The notes beneath the pieces are model-generated. The model ran no database searches. It saw only the letters and a program-made list of their open reading frames with translations, and was not told the origin of the DNA. From the IMG/VR virus record IMGVR_UViG_3300045975_000444, positions 19,296 to 83,295 of that record: a stretch of 64,000 bases of DNA; one strand, given 5' to 3'. This document shows positions 17,101-27,300 of the stretch, piece by piece (position 1 is the stretch's first letter; every line of letters begins with the position of its first letter). This DNA comes from a virus. The position numbers were made by a program, and so were the translations under genes.

Positions 17101-19453
17101 CCACCTGTGACGGCGCGTTGACCTGCTCGGCGGTGAGGAAGACGTTGCCGAAGACCTCGATGCCGAAAGCGATCGCCGTCACCCGGTAGATCGAGGTATT
17201 GGCGGCGCCGGGTGCCCAGTTGGTCAGGTAGGCGGCCACGCGCCCCCAGCCGAAGACGATCGGCACCAGCACGCCCGTTCGCGCGATCCCTGCCTGGTAG
17301 ATCGTCCAGGTCTGCTCGGTGAGCGGCCGGCGGAGGTCGATCAAGGACGAGTAGAGCCGGATGGTCAGCTCCTCGTCGAGGACGTGGCCGCCGTTGGTCG
17401 CGACGAGCTGGACCTGATGCTGCGCTTCGCGAAGGTCCGAGCGCGGCCCGCGCCGGACGATCGTGCGGAGCCCGTCGACCCGGCGCTTGCGGATGTCGGG
17501 GTCGAAATGGCCGTCGACCGCCGCGAGCGCGATCTCGCCCATGGTCGCTGACGAGGTCGCCCCGGTGCCGTCGGCCGAGACCTCCTGCGAGTAGCTCGGT
17601 TCCGAGACGAGCCGGGCGCGATAGGGCTGCGGCGCATCCCACCCGTAGAAGTCCCGCTCGATGAGCGTCACCGGGTCGGTCGCGGCATGGAGCCAGAGGC
17701 AGACGAGCAGCACCTGATTGGCGTCCGAGGGCGACTGGCCGGCGCCGAGCCGGATGCGGACCGACGCGGCCTCCTCGTCGTGCGAATACTGACTCGACCC
17801 CGTGAGCATCCCGTAGTGCGAGACGCGCGTCATCTCGGTGCCGTTCCAGATGATGCGCGAGATGCGCGAGCCCATCGGCAGCGAGTGTGCGAAGCTGTCC
17901 GGGTCGACGTGCGCCGACCAGCGCCGGAACCAGTAGGCGGTCTCGACCTTGGCCGTCACGACCTGCTCGGCATCGGCCGGCGGCATCTCGTCGATCTGGA
18001 GCGCGACGTAGAGCGGCAACTGTGCGGTGACCCCGATCGCAGTCGACCCGGCCCCCGCGATCGCGTTCCACGCGTCCAAGTAGATGGACGACGGGCCGGC
18101 CGCGCGCTTGGTGCGATGGAAGAAGCACGCGGTCGTGAATTGCCCCGTGACCGGCTCTCTATAGTGCCAGCCGCGGGGCGTGCCGTAGTAGCCCGGCGGA
18201 TCGGCCTGGAAGCGCGGCCGGACGTTCACCCCTTGCGACCCGGTCGGCACGTTGTTCGCAACGAAGGAGACGAACTCCAGATAGCGCCCGGTAACCGGGA
18301 GCGTCAGCGTGCCCGAGGCGATCTGTGTCGCGCTGTCGCCGACGCTCGTCACCGTCTGGGTGAGCGCCGCCGAGACCGCGCGCATGCCCGGCGGCAGCAG
18401 GAACATCGCGAGGAACCAGTTGTCGACTTTCGGGGTCGCACCGTAGCCGGTGAAGCGGATGCGAACCTTCCAGCCCGCCGTCAGGCTCAGGTAATGGACG
18501 GCGCCGACCGGCCGCCGATCGCCGTCGGCGCAGGCCTGGTATTGCCACGCCCAGAACGATTGCCGCGTGCCGCCGCTGTCGACGACTTCGAGAAAGGTCT
18601 GATTGTGCCCCGCACCGCCGTCGGCGCCCTCGAACCAGTTGGCGACGACCATCCAGTTGTCGGTCGACGGCACGGTCATCTCGGTGATCGTGTACTCGGT
18701 GCCGAGGGCCGCCGCAGTGAAGCCCGTTCCCGAGGCGTAGGCAAAGAAAAAAGACTGGTCGACCCGGATGGCGGCGATCCTGCCGTTGTTCGCGGTCGCT
18801 GCGTTCGCCGCCGCCGAGGCCCCCGGCATCCCCTGGCGGAGGAAGATCGAGCGCGTGTCGCCGCCCCGGATTATGAGTGAGGTCGCGCCGAAGTAGTTAC
18901 TCGCTCGCTGGTTCGCGATCGCCACTCTTGCCTGCTGGAGAGGCGGGCGCGCGTCCAAGTGATGAGGACTCCCCGGTCGGCCGTTCACCTCAAGCACCTG
19001 CTCGACCTGACCCGTCGCGCCGAAGGATACCATCGTCCCCTGAGCGAGGATCAGGTACCTGTAGTTTCCAGGTGGCGCTTCCGAGAGGTCGATCGGCAGT
19101 TCGACCGTGTTGAAGCCGCGCAAGTAGAGTAGGCCCGCGCCGGCAGGGATGCTCCATCCGTCGGCGAGCTGCGGGTTCGAGTCGAAGTCGTTGAACGGCA
19201 GGAAGAAGGTCTGCTCGGCCGCGGGGTTGTTCGCGGTTATCCGACCGACAAGGGCTATTCCTCCGTAGCTGACGTAGACCTGATAGTCGGCGCCGCCGAT
19301 GAAGTATTGCGACTGCCCGACACCGAGCTGAAGCCACGCCCCCTGAGCGCCGATGACGACGGCATTGAGGATCGTGAACGGCCCCCCGCGCGTGCGGTAG
19401 GACTGCGCGAGCAAGTTGTCGCGGCAGGCGTAGAGGAGCGGCGGGACCGGCAT
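14144..19453 (-). CDS. large tail tip / central fibre protein with CBM-like domain and HxH fibre repeats
   Basis: true start MPVPPLL at 19453; VPIVFGWGRV tail-tip motif; LATNPGFES..W...LVDNFEI carbohydrate-binding-like module (about 16690-16240); C-terminal CP.GW collar-like units, many HSH/HTH motifs and a terminal NMPPVYALRFCVKA. Confidence 0.8.
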   Translation of the reverse strand: MPVPPLLYACRDNLLAQSYRTRGGPFTILNAVVIGAQGAWLQLGVGQSQYFIGGADYQVYVSYGGIALVGRITANNPAAEQTFFLPFNDFDSNPQLADGWSIPAGAGLLYLRGFNTVELPIDLSEAPPGNYRYLILAQGTMVSFGATGQVEQVLEVNGRPGSPHHLDARPPLQQARVAIANQRASNYFGATSLIIRGGDTRSIFLRQGMPGASAAANAATANNGRIAAIRVDQSFFFAYASGTGFTAAALGTEYTITEMTVPSTDNWMVVANWFEGADGGAGHNQTFLEVVDSGGTRQSFWAWQYQACADGDRRPVGAVHYLSLTAGWKVRIRFTGYGATPKVDNWFLAMFLLPPGMRAVSAALTQTVTSVGDSATQIASGTLTLPVTGRYLEFVSFVANNVPTGSQGVNVRPRFQADPPGYYGTPRGWHYREPVTGQFTTACFFHRTKRAAGPSSIYLDAWNAIAGAGSTAIGVTAQLPLYVALQIDEMPPADAEQVVTAKVETAYWFRRWSAHVDPDSFAHSLPMGSRISRIIWNGTEMTRVSHYGMLTGSSQYSHDEEAASVRIRLGAGQSPSDANQVLLVCLWLHAATDPVTLIERDFYGWDAPQPYRARLVSEPSYSQEVSADGTGATSSATMGEIALAAVDGHFDPDIRKRRVDGLRTIVRRGPRSDLREAQHQVQLVATNGGHVLDEELTIRLYSSLIDLRRPLTEQTWTIYQAGIARTGVLVPIVFGWGRVAAYLTNWAPGAANTSIYRVTAIAFGIEVFGNVFLTAEQVNAPSQVGITKDPNNAGLGIVNTWFADPNNPPDVVYAEVWGTRSIPGDSASRGLRFPGEIARAIMRMGNVPAGEIDEQSFIDYDRIWRRRLSGGATIPAPPKVGVYFNETISIGDAVAQTLAQAFGIRSELPAGRVNAGVLDFSAQQLATNPGFESSGTDIWPWVGYNALTSAVTTSPTYEGTRAVEISNGGNAYALLFQTVSMRKPGFAIAASLLAALKTGIGMKVRVAVVRPSDGYDPKISPAFELTNTAWKRLVHWMELDEDEVGTTTIGLFPAFNDTASLSILVDNFEIWPVAVVSRNRRTETLSEEDEEAYFQARVQVSVNPLAALNPAVLLTDGDLAGAATSYAKFASPGSGRADFGTETVVADSDSAAGIAAAVVRYFSQPRFRLRTTELIGWRRPAVGDVLLDDSAFRKVIGSDEMPIYSIRRVAVQKSMRTVEIEAETRTPLISDSLEIAPQKVPLGLILISTDGTCPTDWQPYTAPQNYYLTGAYSGGGFVPGQTAGAWRHSHSLAHTHTVQAHTHTISSIGIGAVPAGDELATNAVIGPAFTPVARQDHTHTNPSGSWATGAMTGSGVSSQPNSAISTIASGNAVTSLRVRLCKKTAHTVEQVPVNLAFFSESATAPGGYTRATTLDSQVPRVETGIGAVATTTTGAHTPGTATASFTVAATTNLHGNQILKITSGGSSYYGVLTGLVGSTVTVDVLNYQGDVTGVSYPSGATVTAFSGVAGTTETVPATHSHGGTVPSHQHNETHAHSIGASVDITGLAAGTTLHRDVPLGTNDISMSTDDHIHTADVQIPNASTQTATAAGGTISAASAPSPDSISLAFHKASAGTQQVATGLGGFVDGALCPPGWVEYGAASKRLLKGAAAGQGLSVMATTHAHATTFDAHSASHNHGGAVPSTYTTAPSAHLGPPYLGGVNTPGVAGGMPYPLYGQDPVEYVHRHALTMSGVSTFAGTLAAFSGTTGPSGGELNMPPVYALRFCVKA

Positions 19454-20388
19454 CAGGGCACCGCCTCGTCGATCGAGAAGCCATAGCGCCCCGTGAGCGT
19501 CGTCCTGTGGTCGAAAGTCGCGCGGTCGCCGAGGTAGCCGTAGATCGCGCCGGGGGTCTTGTAGTCGAGCGCGACCGAGCCGATCGCCGGGACGAACGCA
19601 TAGGGATCGACGATGATCGGCCGCCCGTCGGTCTGCTCGATCGCCGACCGGAACTGCTCCATGTCGTCGAGCGAGTCGAGTGTCACGACCTGATCGGTCG
19701 CATTGCGCGCCGCCACGCGTGATGACGTGAACTGGAGCTTCCGGATGCGCCGGTGCCTTACCCAGGCGCGCTCCCCGGAATCGAGCTGGACCGTGTCCGA
19801 CACGCTCTCGGTCATGGTCCGCCAGCGCGCCTCGACGACCTGCTCGCGGCGCATGCCGAGCCAGAGCACGCCCAGCTCGACCCAGTCGCCCGCGTTCGCG
19901 AGGTAGAAGACAACCGCCCAGAAGCGCTTGAGCGGCATGCCCTGAACCACACCACCACCGCTCGGCGCCGTCCGATTCTGGAGGTGAGAGACGATCACCG
20001 AGCCGCGGTCCTTGTCGATCGCCGGGACGATGTAGTCGATCCGGTCGGTCGCCCAGTCGAGCGCGTTCATGCCGACGATGGTGGCGTTGACCGGCGACGA
20101 CTCCACGCCCGCGGCCGAGACGTGACGGCAGTCGATGAATGCGACCGTATCGAAGATCGGGAAGTACCCGGCCTCGACCGCGGCCAAGTCGAAGGCGACG
20201 TAGTAGTAGCCGGAGGCCGTCGCGACGGCGCGCCAACGCTCGCTCCGGTCGGGATTCAAGAGCTGCGTCGCCGGATAGCGCGGATGGAAATTCGAGCCCG
20301 CGACGACCGCCATGCCCTTGAGGAGGAGGATGTTCTCAAGCGAGAACACCGTCGCGGCGGGCGAGTAGAACTGGACGTTGTCGGCCAC
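19453..20388 (-). CDS. tail protein (distal-tail-like, paralog of 20398-21342)
   Basis: after the TMP; HPRYPATQLLNPDRSERWR and IIVDPYAF...GAIYGYL...FSIDEA shared with the neighbour. Confidence 0.7.
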   Translation of the reverse strand: MADNVQFYSPAATVFSLENILLLKGMAVVAGSNFHPRYPATQLLNPDRSERWRAVATASGYYYVAFDLAAVEAGYFPIFDTVAFIDCRHVSAAGVESSPVNATIVGMNALDWATDRIDYIVPAIDKDRGSVIVSHLQNRTAPSGGGVVQGMPLKRFWAVVFYLANAGDWVELGVLWLGMRREQVVEARWRTMTESVSDTVQLDSGERAWVRHRRIRKLQFTSSRVAARNATDQVVTLDSLDDMEQFRSAIEQTDGRPIIVDPYAFVPAIGSVALDYKTPGAIYGYLGDRATFDHRTTLTGRYGFSIDEAVP

Positions 20389-20397
20389 GCGCGTCCC

Positions 20398-21342
20398 CTA
20401 CCCGATCGCTTCCTCGACCGAGAAGGTGAGGCGCCCGTAGGCGCTCGCGGCCCGGTAGAGGCGCTCTTCCCACTGGATGCGGCCGTCGAGGTAGCCGTAG
20501 ATCACCGCCCCGCTTCGGTGTGGCACGCCCGACTCATGGCGTGCCTCGTTGTAGGCAAAGGCGTAGGGGTCGACGACGACCGCGCGGCCCTCGCACGCTT
20601 CGAGCTGGGCGCGCAGTGTCTGGACATCGGCCGACTTCACGATCGGGCTCGAAAACTGGTAGGCCCGCGCGCGGCGGCGCCGGTCGAAGAAGCGCCGCCC
20701 GGTGGTCAGCACCGCATCGTCCGACATGGTCTCGCTCGTCATCCGGAGCCTTGAGTCAAGCGCCAGCGGCGTCCGGGTGCCGAGGAAGATCGCCCCGACC
20801 TCGGCGTAGCTCCCCTCCGTCTGGAACTTGACGCGGGCGTAGCGCCGCGGCGGGAGCGGCGTCGAGTCGTCGAGGGCGACGGTGTTGATGTAGAGCACGT
20901 AGACCGCCGCCGCGGGCATCTGGCGCCGCCAAATCTCGACCAGCCCGGTGTCGACGAGCGGGTTGTAGACGTCGAAGTCGACCTCCCAGAAGTCGGTCGT
21001 GAAGGCCGCGTCGCTCGCCGCCTGGAGCCACGCCCGGAAGAGCAGGAACTCGAAGCCATTGGTAATCGGCTCGCCCTGCTCGGTGAGCGACCGATAGCCG
21101 ACGACGGCGAGCGTGTCGATCGGCATCGGTGTGCCGAAGTCGAAGCCGACCTGCGGATCGGGAACGCCCGTCACGACCTGGCCCCGCCATGGGCGGCTCC
21201 GCGCCTCGTCGAGGAGATTCTTGGCCGGGAAGTGCGGGTGATCGACCGAGCCCGGCAGGAGCCGGGTCGTCCCGTTGGTCACGAGGTTCTTGAGGAGGAT
21301 CGTCGGGGTCGCAATCGAGTAGCTCTGTCCCCAGACCGCCAT
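20398..21342 (-). CDS. tail protein (distal-tail-like)
   Basis: immediately after the TMP; HPHFPAKNLLDEARSRPWR and VVVDPYAF...GAVIYGYL...FSVEEA. Confidence 0.7.
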   Translation of the reverse strand: MAVWGQSYSIATPTILLKNLVTNGTTRLLPGSVDHPHFPAKNLLDEARSRPWRGQVVTGVPDPQVGFDFGTPMPIDTLAVVGYRSLTEQGEPITNGFEFLLFRAWLQAASDAAFTTDFWEVDFDVYNPLVDTGLVEIWRRQMPAAAVYVLYINTVALDDSTPLPPRRYARVKFQTEGSYAEVGAIFLGTRTPLALDSRLRMTSETMSDDAVLTTGRRFFDRRRRARAYQFSSPIVKSADVQTLRAQLEACEGRAVVVDPYAFAYNEARHESGVPHRSGAVIYGYLDGRIQWEERLYRAASAYGRLTFSVEEAIG

Positions 21343-21351
21343 GGAGCCCTC

Positions 21352-24300
21352 TTAGGCCGCCGGTCCCGTGGTGACGGCGCCCGCTCGCTGCCGCCGTGTG
21401 TTCGACTTCTCGACCTGGCGCGACACCTGGACGCCGTCGAGATAGGTCGTCGCGGTGACGCCGTCGTCGAGAAGGCGCGCCAGGAGGATGGTCATCTGGC
21501 GCATGATCGCGTTCAACTCCGCCTGCTCCTCGGGCGAGATCTTCCGCGTGTCGGGTCCGGCCGGCACGAGCGACTCGAAGGCGAGCTGGGCCGTCGCGCC
21601 CAGGATGTCGGCCTTGACCTTGCCCAGCTCGACCATCTCGGTTTCGAGCTGCGCGGTCGCGTCGGACACGTCCTCGGCCGCATCGGCCGCCCGCTCGGCT
21701 GCGTCGGCGGTCGTGTCGGCCGACTCGGCCACGTAGCCGAGGTCCGACGCGAAGCTCTTGGTCGTGCCGGCGAACTCGGCGAAGAGCGGCAAGAGCGCCT
21801 CGGTCTCGTCGTGGATGTAGCCGAGGATGATGCGCGTCTCCGCGATGCCCTGCTCGCGGGTCTTCTTGCCCTCGGCGACCTGCTTCCAGACGAGGTCCAG
21901 GTAGGCGAGAAATGGAGCGAGCGCGCCCTGGATCAGGGCGTCGGCGATGAATGCCTGGATCAGCGCGTCGAGCACGTGCTCGTAGATGCCCTTGCGGACG
22001 TTGTTCAGGAACTCCTCGGGCGTCTTGGAGTCGCGGAACGCCGCGGCGATGCCACCCTTGACGCCCTCGGGTAGTGCCTCCTTGGTCTCCTTGGCGATGT
22101 CGACACCGAAGAGCTTGGCGAGCTTCTGGAAGCCGGGCTGCGCGTACTCGGCCAGGGTGACGAAGTCGTCGCCCATCCGGTCGGCGATCTTCGAGAGGGT
22201 CTTTCCCTCGGCGATCGAGATGGTGCCGTCCTCCATCGCCTTGGTGTAGGCCGCCTCCCACTCCTCCTGGTACTTCTTCATCACCGGCGAGAGGATCAGG
22301 GCATTGATCATGCCCTCGACCACACCCTTGAACGTCGCCTCGTTGAAGGCCTTCCTGAGATCCTCCTTGGTGCCGCCCCGCCAGAAGTCCTCGATTGCGC
22401 CGGAGAGGCCGCCGACGATTCCCTCGGAGGTCGCGTCGCCGAGGTCGACGCCGAAGTCCTTGGCAATGTCCTTGACGATCGGCTTTAGCTCCTTGGCGTC
22501 CTGCTTCATCTGGGCGCCGAACTTCTTGGCCTCGGTCGTGATCTCCTGCATCTCCTCGGGCGTGATGACCCCGTCGGCCTTGGCCTTCTTGAACAGCTCG
22601 GAGATCTTCTCGACCATCTTCTCGACTTCGGGCGCGAAGATGGCGGCGATCAGCCCGTCGATCAGCCCCTGTCCGGTCGCTTCCGAGATCGCCTCGCTCA
22701 GCTCCTGCTCGGTCCCGCCCGCGAAGAAGTCGGCGATCGCCGCGTCGTAGTTGAACGAGACCTTGAACTCCTTCTCCTCGTCTCCCTCCTCGTCCTCCTC
22801 GGGCTTGGGCGCGTGCGGCGAGAGCGGCACGGTGTAGCCGTCGCGTGGCCCGCCGGGGGAGCTGGTCCGCGGCGGCGGGCTCGCGACGCCACGACCCGAG
22901 GCGCCTCCGCTGGTCCGGCCCGAGCGGCTCGACACGGTCTCAAGACCGAGCATCGATGCCGTCGACTCCAGGTCGCTCTCGCCCCCACCCGCCCTGCGAA
23001 TGCTCGTCCGCCGCCGGACGATCCCGCCACCGCCACCGCCACCGCCAGTGCTGAAGTCGATGGAGGCGAGGCCGGCGGCGATGCCCTGGAGCGCCGCGGC
23101 CAGGGCGCCGCCCGCGTCGGCGATCGCTTGCGCGCCGGCCGCGCCGGCATCCTCGAAGCCCGGCCCGACGCTTTCGAGCCCGGCGGTCAGGGCCGCGGTG
23201 ATCTGGGCGAGCGGGCTCATGCCCTGGCCGAGCTTCCCGACCGAGTCGGCGATCGACTTGGCCAGCTCCGGGCTGACCTTCAAGAGCTGCTCGAATGCCA
23301 GGACGAACGAGTCGGCGTCCTGCGGCGAGATGCCACCGACCCGCGTCAGAGTCTCGCGGAGCTTCTCGGCCGCGCCCGGCTCCATCTCCGCCATGTCGTC
23401 CATGGCGTCCTTGATCTTCGCAGCACCCGTCGGGTCGATGTCGCTGATGTCTTCGAGCGTCTCGCGGAAATTCTTTGCCGCGCCGGGGTCGATGCCGGCG
23501 AGCGCCTGCGTGATCTGCTCGCCGATGCCGGTCTTGAAGCCCTCGCGCAGCTCTTCGAGCGAGCGCCGGACGTTCTCGCCCGTGCCCGGCTCGATCTGCT
23601 CCAGGTCGCCCAAGCCTTCCTTCACGCGGCGGGCGAAGCGCGTCAAGCCCTCGCCGACCTGCTCGATCGTGCGGACGAGCGGCTCGCGCCGGGTCGGCTC
23701 CTCGCGCGCGACCGCGATGCCTTCGAGGCCAAGCTCCTCCTTCTCGCGCCGGGCGCGCTCGCGGCGGCGCTCCTCCAGGCGACGCTCCCGCTGGCGCTCC
23801 TCTCGGGTCGGGAGATCGCGCTGCTCGCGCTCGCGCTGCTCGTCGCGCTCCTTCCTGCGCTTCTCGGCCGGAGTGAGCGGCGGCCCGAGCCCGGCGTCCC
23901 TGCCGATGCCGATCAGGTCCTCAAGGAAGGGCAGGACGAACTCGACCGCCTTGCCACCCTGCTCGACGATGATCGTCGCCAGCTCGCGCAAGCCCTCGCG
24001 CTCAGCCGGCGTGATCTCCTTGCCGCCCGGACCCTCCGGTGAGAGAGCGTCCTTCACGGCGATGTCCCAGAAGGCCAGGAATGGTGCCAGGAAGCCCTGC
24101 ACGACGACCGCGTTGATGAGCGCGTCGGCCATCCCGCCGATGATCGCCTCGGTTAGGCCCGCCTTGATGTCCTCGCCAAGCGTGACGCTGATCTCGCCTA
24201 ACGGCTTCTTCCCGACGATCCCTTCGGTCAGCGCCTTCGAGATCGGGCCGGAGAGGATGGCGCGCTCTTGCGCCTTGGCGTTCTCGACCGCAGCCGTGAT

Positions 24301-27300
24301 CTCCGCCTGACGCTTGGCCGCCGCGTTGTCGAAGATCTGGTTGATGATCTTGCCGGACTCCTCCGCGCCCTTGGCGAGCTGGAGCCCTTGCAGGTACATC
24401 TTCTCGCCGATCGCGGAGAGGTCGGCTGCCTCGGCGGCGTCGACGTAGCCGTCCTCCATCGCCGCCGCGAACGTGACCTCGTACTGGGTCGTCAGCTCGG
24501 CCAGGCGCTTGGCCGCCGGTGATTCGGCCAGCCCCTTGAGCGAGGCGTCGATGGCCGCCTGCTTCTGGGCCGCGAGGATCGACTCGGAGGTGAGTGCGCG
24601 GGTGACCTCGCCCTCCCGGCCCGGCGCCGCCACTGCCGCTTCGAGGAGACGCGCGTTCATCTGCTCGATCGCTTGCAGATTCTGCTCGGTCTGCTCGGCC
24701 ATGAGACCGAAGAACTCCTCGACCTTGGTCGGGGCGAGCGCCTCGTCGATCGCCTTGTCGACCTCCTTCCAGGCCGCCACCTGGGCCTTGATCTGCGGGA
24801 GATAGGACTGAAGGTTGCCCTTCCCTTCGGCGATCGCGTTGGTGATCTCGGTCGTCCACTCCTGAAGTCCCTCGGGGGTCTTCAGGTCGAAGTCCTCGGC
24901 GCGGTCGAGCACGTCGAAGACCGGCTGGAAGGAGGTCGCGATCGCCGTCTTGTCGAAGAGCTGCTTGGTCGACTCTTCGAGGAACTTGGTCTTGATGGGC
25001 GCCTTGAGCTGCTCGGTGAGCGCCTGCACCCCGCCCTCGGGCGTCGCCGCCTCGAAGATCTTGGCCCAATTCTCACCGATGAACTGCGCCGAGGCCGCGG
25101 CCGACTTGGTGAGCTTCTCGAAGGTCTCCTGATTGACGGTGTAGCCCTGCTTGGCGAGATCCTTCCAGAGTTCCGCGAAGTCGTTGAAGTCGGCCGCGCC
25201 CGAGAGGAGCCACTCCTTCTGCGCCTGGTTCAAGCCCTCGAAGGCGAGCTTGCCGTCCTTCTCCAGGGAGAGCAGTGCCTGGAGGCCGAGCTGCGTCCCT
25301 TGCGGGAAATCCTGCTCGAAAATCTCGACCAGCCCGGCGGCCGACTCGCCGAGCGCGTTGATGCCCTCGGCCTGCGCCTCGGTGTCGGTTGCCCCGGTAA
25401 ACTCCTTGGCGGCAAGCGTGACCTGCTCTTGGGCATCGCCGAGCTTGCGGAACGCCTTGTAGACGTCGACGCCCGCCTCGCGGGCCAAGCCGCGGAAGCT
25501 CTCCCTCGCGAACTGGAGCGCCTCGTCGACGGTCATCCCCTCTTCGATGCCGCGCGAGAAATACTCCCCGAAAAGCTGGCCCATCTCCAAGCCGATGCGC
25601 CCGGCGTCCTCGGGATGCTCGGCGCCCTCGCCGAAGATGATCCCGAAGAGGGCTTGCCCCTGAGCGGAGATCTCGCGGAACGCTTGCTCGCTAAGGCCGC
25701 GCTCCAGAGCGACTTGGCGCGAGCGTGCCTTGACCGGGTCCTCGCGCGAGAACGGCCCGAGCACCGCTTGCACCGGACCCTCGGGACCGAAGATCTCCGA
25801 GCCGGCGAGGTATCGCTGCGCCTCTCTCCGATACGCCGTCCCGAGCGTCGGGATGCCGAGGAGGCCGAAGCCGATGTCGTTCAAGAAGTCGCGCACTGCG
25901 GGGATGAATGCCGCCGGCCCGAGGAACGCCGTCGCCGTCATCGGCAAGAGATTCTCGGAAATGGTCCCCTGAAAGGTACGCTCGCGAAGCGCTTCGCGAT
26001 TGACGCCCTGGAGCAGGAACTTCCCGAAGATCGACGAGACGGCGCCGACCAGAAGCCCGATGATCCCGCCAGCGCCGCCGCCGAGCCCACCGACGGCGGC
26101 GCCGACGATGGTCGACATGATGGTGTTGACGAGCTGGGCGTTCTTCAGGATGGAGCGCTCGACGTTCGCCAGCCGGGCAGGGAGCCCGGTGTCGCTGATC
26201 AAGCCGCCGAAGAGCTGCGCGCCCTGGAAGCCGCCGAGCGCGCCCGCAAAGGCGCCGGCCCCCGAGAAGCCGCCGCCGGCAATCGCCTCTCCGGCCGGCG
26301 CCGTGCTTGAGCTGCCGCCGACGACGTTGGCGAATTGCCCGGTGCCCGACGTCGAGATGGCCGTCCCGCCCGCGCTGATCACGGTCGTGCCACCGCCGAA
26401 GAGACTGCCAAGCCCGAGCTTGTTGGCGGCCCAGCCGAGAATCCCGGTATTGCTGTTCGAGCCGAGCAGCAGACTGAGGAGCCCGGTCTGACCAGAGCCG
26501 CCCGTGCTGATGTTGGCGGCGTTGAGGAGCCCGCCACCCCCGGTGACGAGGTTCCCGGTCGAGAGGTCGACGCTCACCCCCGGCAAGAGCACGCCGCCGC
26601 CCGGCGTGAGCGTGTTGCCGCCGATCCCGATCCCGCCCCCGCCGCCGCCACCCAAGCCAAAGAGGTTGCCGATCAGGCCGAGCCCCTGGCCGGCGATGTC
26701 GAAGACACCCTGGAACGCGCCGCCGAGCGTGCCCTGCGTCGTCTTCCCGAGATCGAAGATGTTCGCCTTGAAGACCTGGTCGAAACCGAGCTTCTCGGTC
26801 AGGACCGCCTTGAACATGTCGCGGCCGATCGACTTGCCGAGATTCTTGAACGCCTCGCCGAGGTCCTCGCCCTCGAAGACGACGTCGGCGAGCGTATCGG
26901 CGAAGCGCTCGCCGAACTCGATCACCGACTCGTTGACTTGGTCGAACTGCTCGCGGAGGCGCTCGGCCTCGTCGGCCGCGTCGACGATGTTGGTCGCGAG
27001 GTCGCGGTTGCCGACGTTGATGGTCTCCTGGTCGATCGCGATCTGCCGGTAGGCCTCCTCGATCGGGATGAGCCCCTGTTGGGCCTGGCGGAGGTAGTTG
27101 AGTTCGGCGTTGATCTGCTTGAGGCGCTCCTGACCCGCCTGCTGCTTTTGCAGCTCCCGGACCGCCTTGAGATCCTCCTCTCTCGCGCGGGTCGTCTCCT
27201 TGAGCAGCGCGATCTCTTTCTCGTTGGCGCCGAGCTGGACGGCTTGCTGCGCCGCCGCCTGGACCTTCAAGTCGATGAGCCGCTCCTCGACCTCGGCCGA

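Noticed and set aside
19454-20236. N-terminal 260 aa of the 2030-aa ORF in the track
   Set aside because: It overlaps the 19453-20388 tail gene in another frame and is Arg-rich nonsense; the real start is ATG at 19453.
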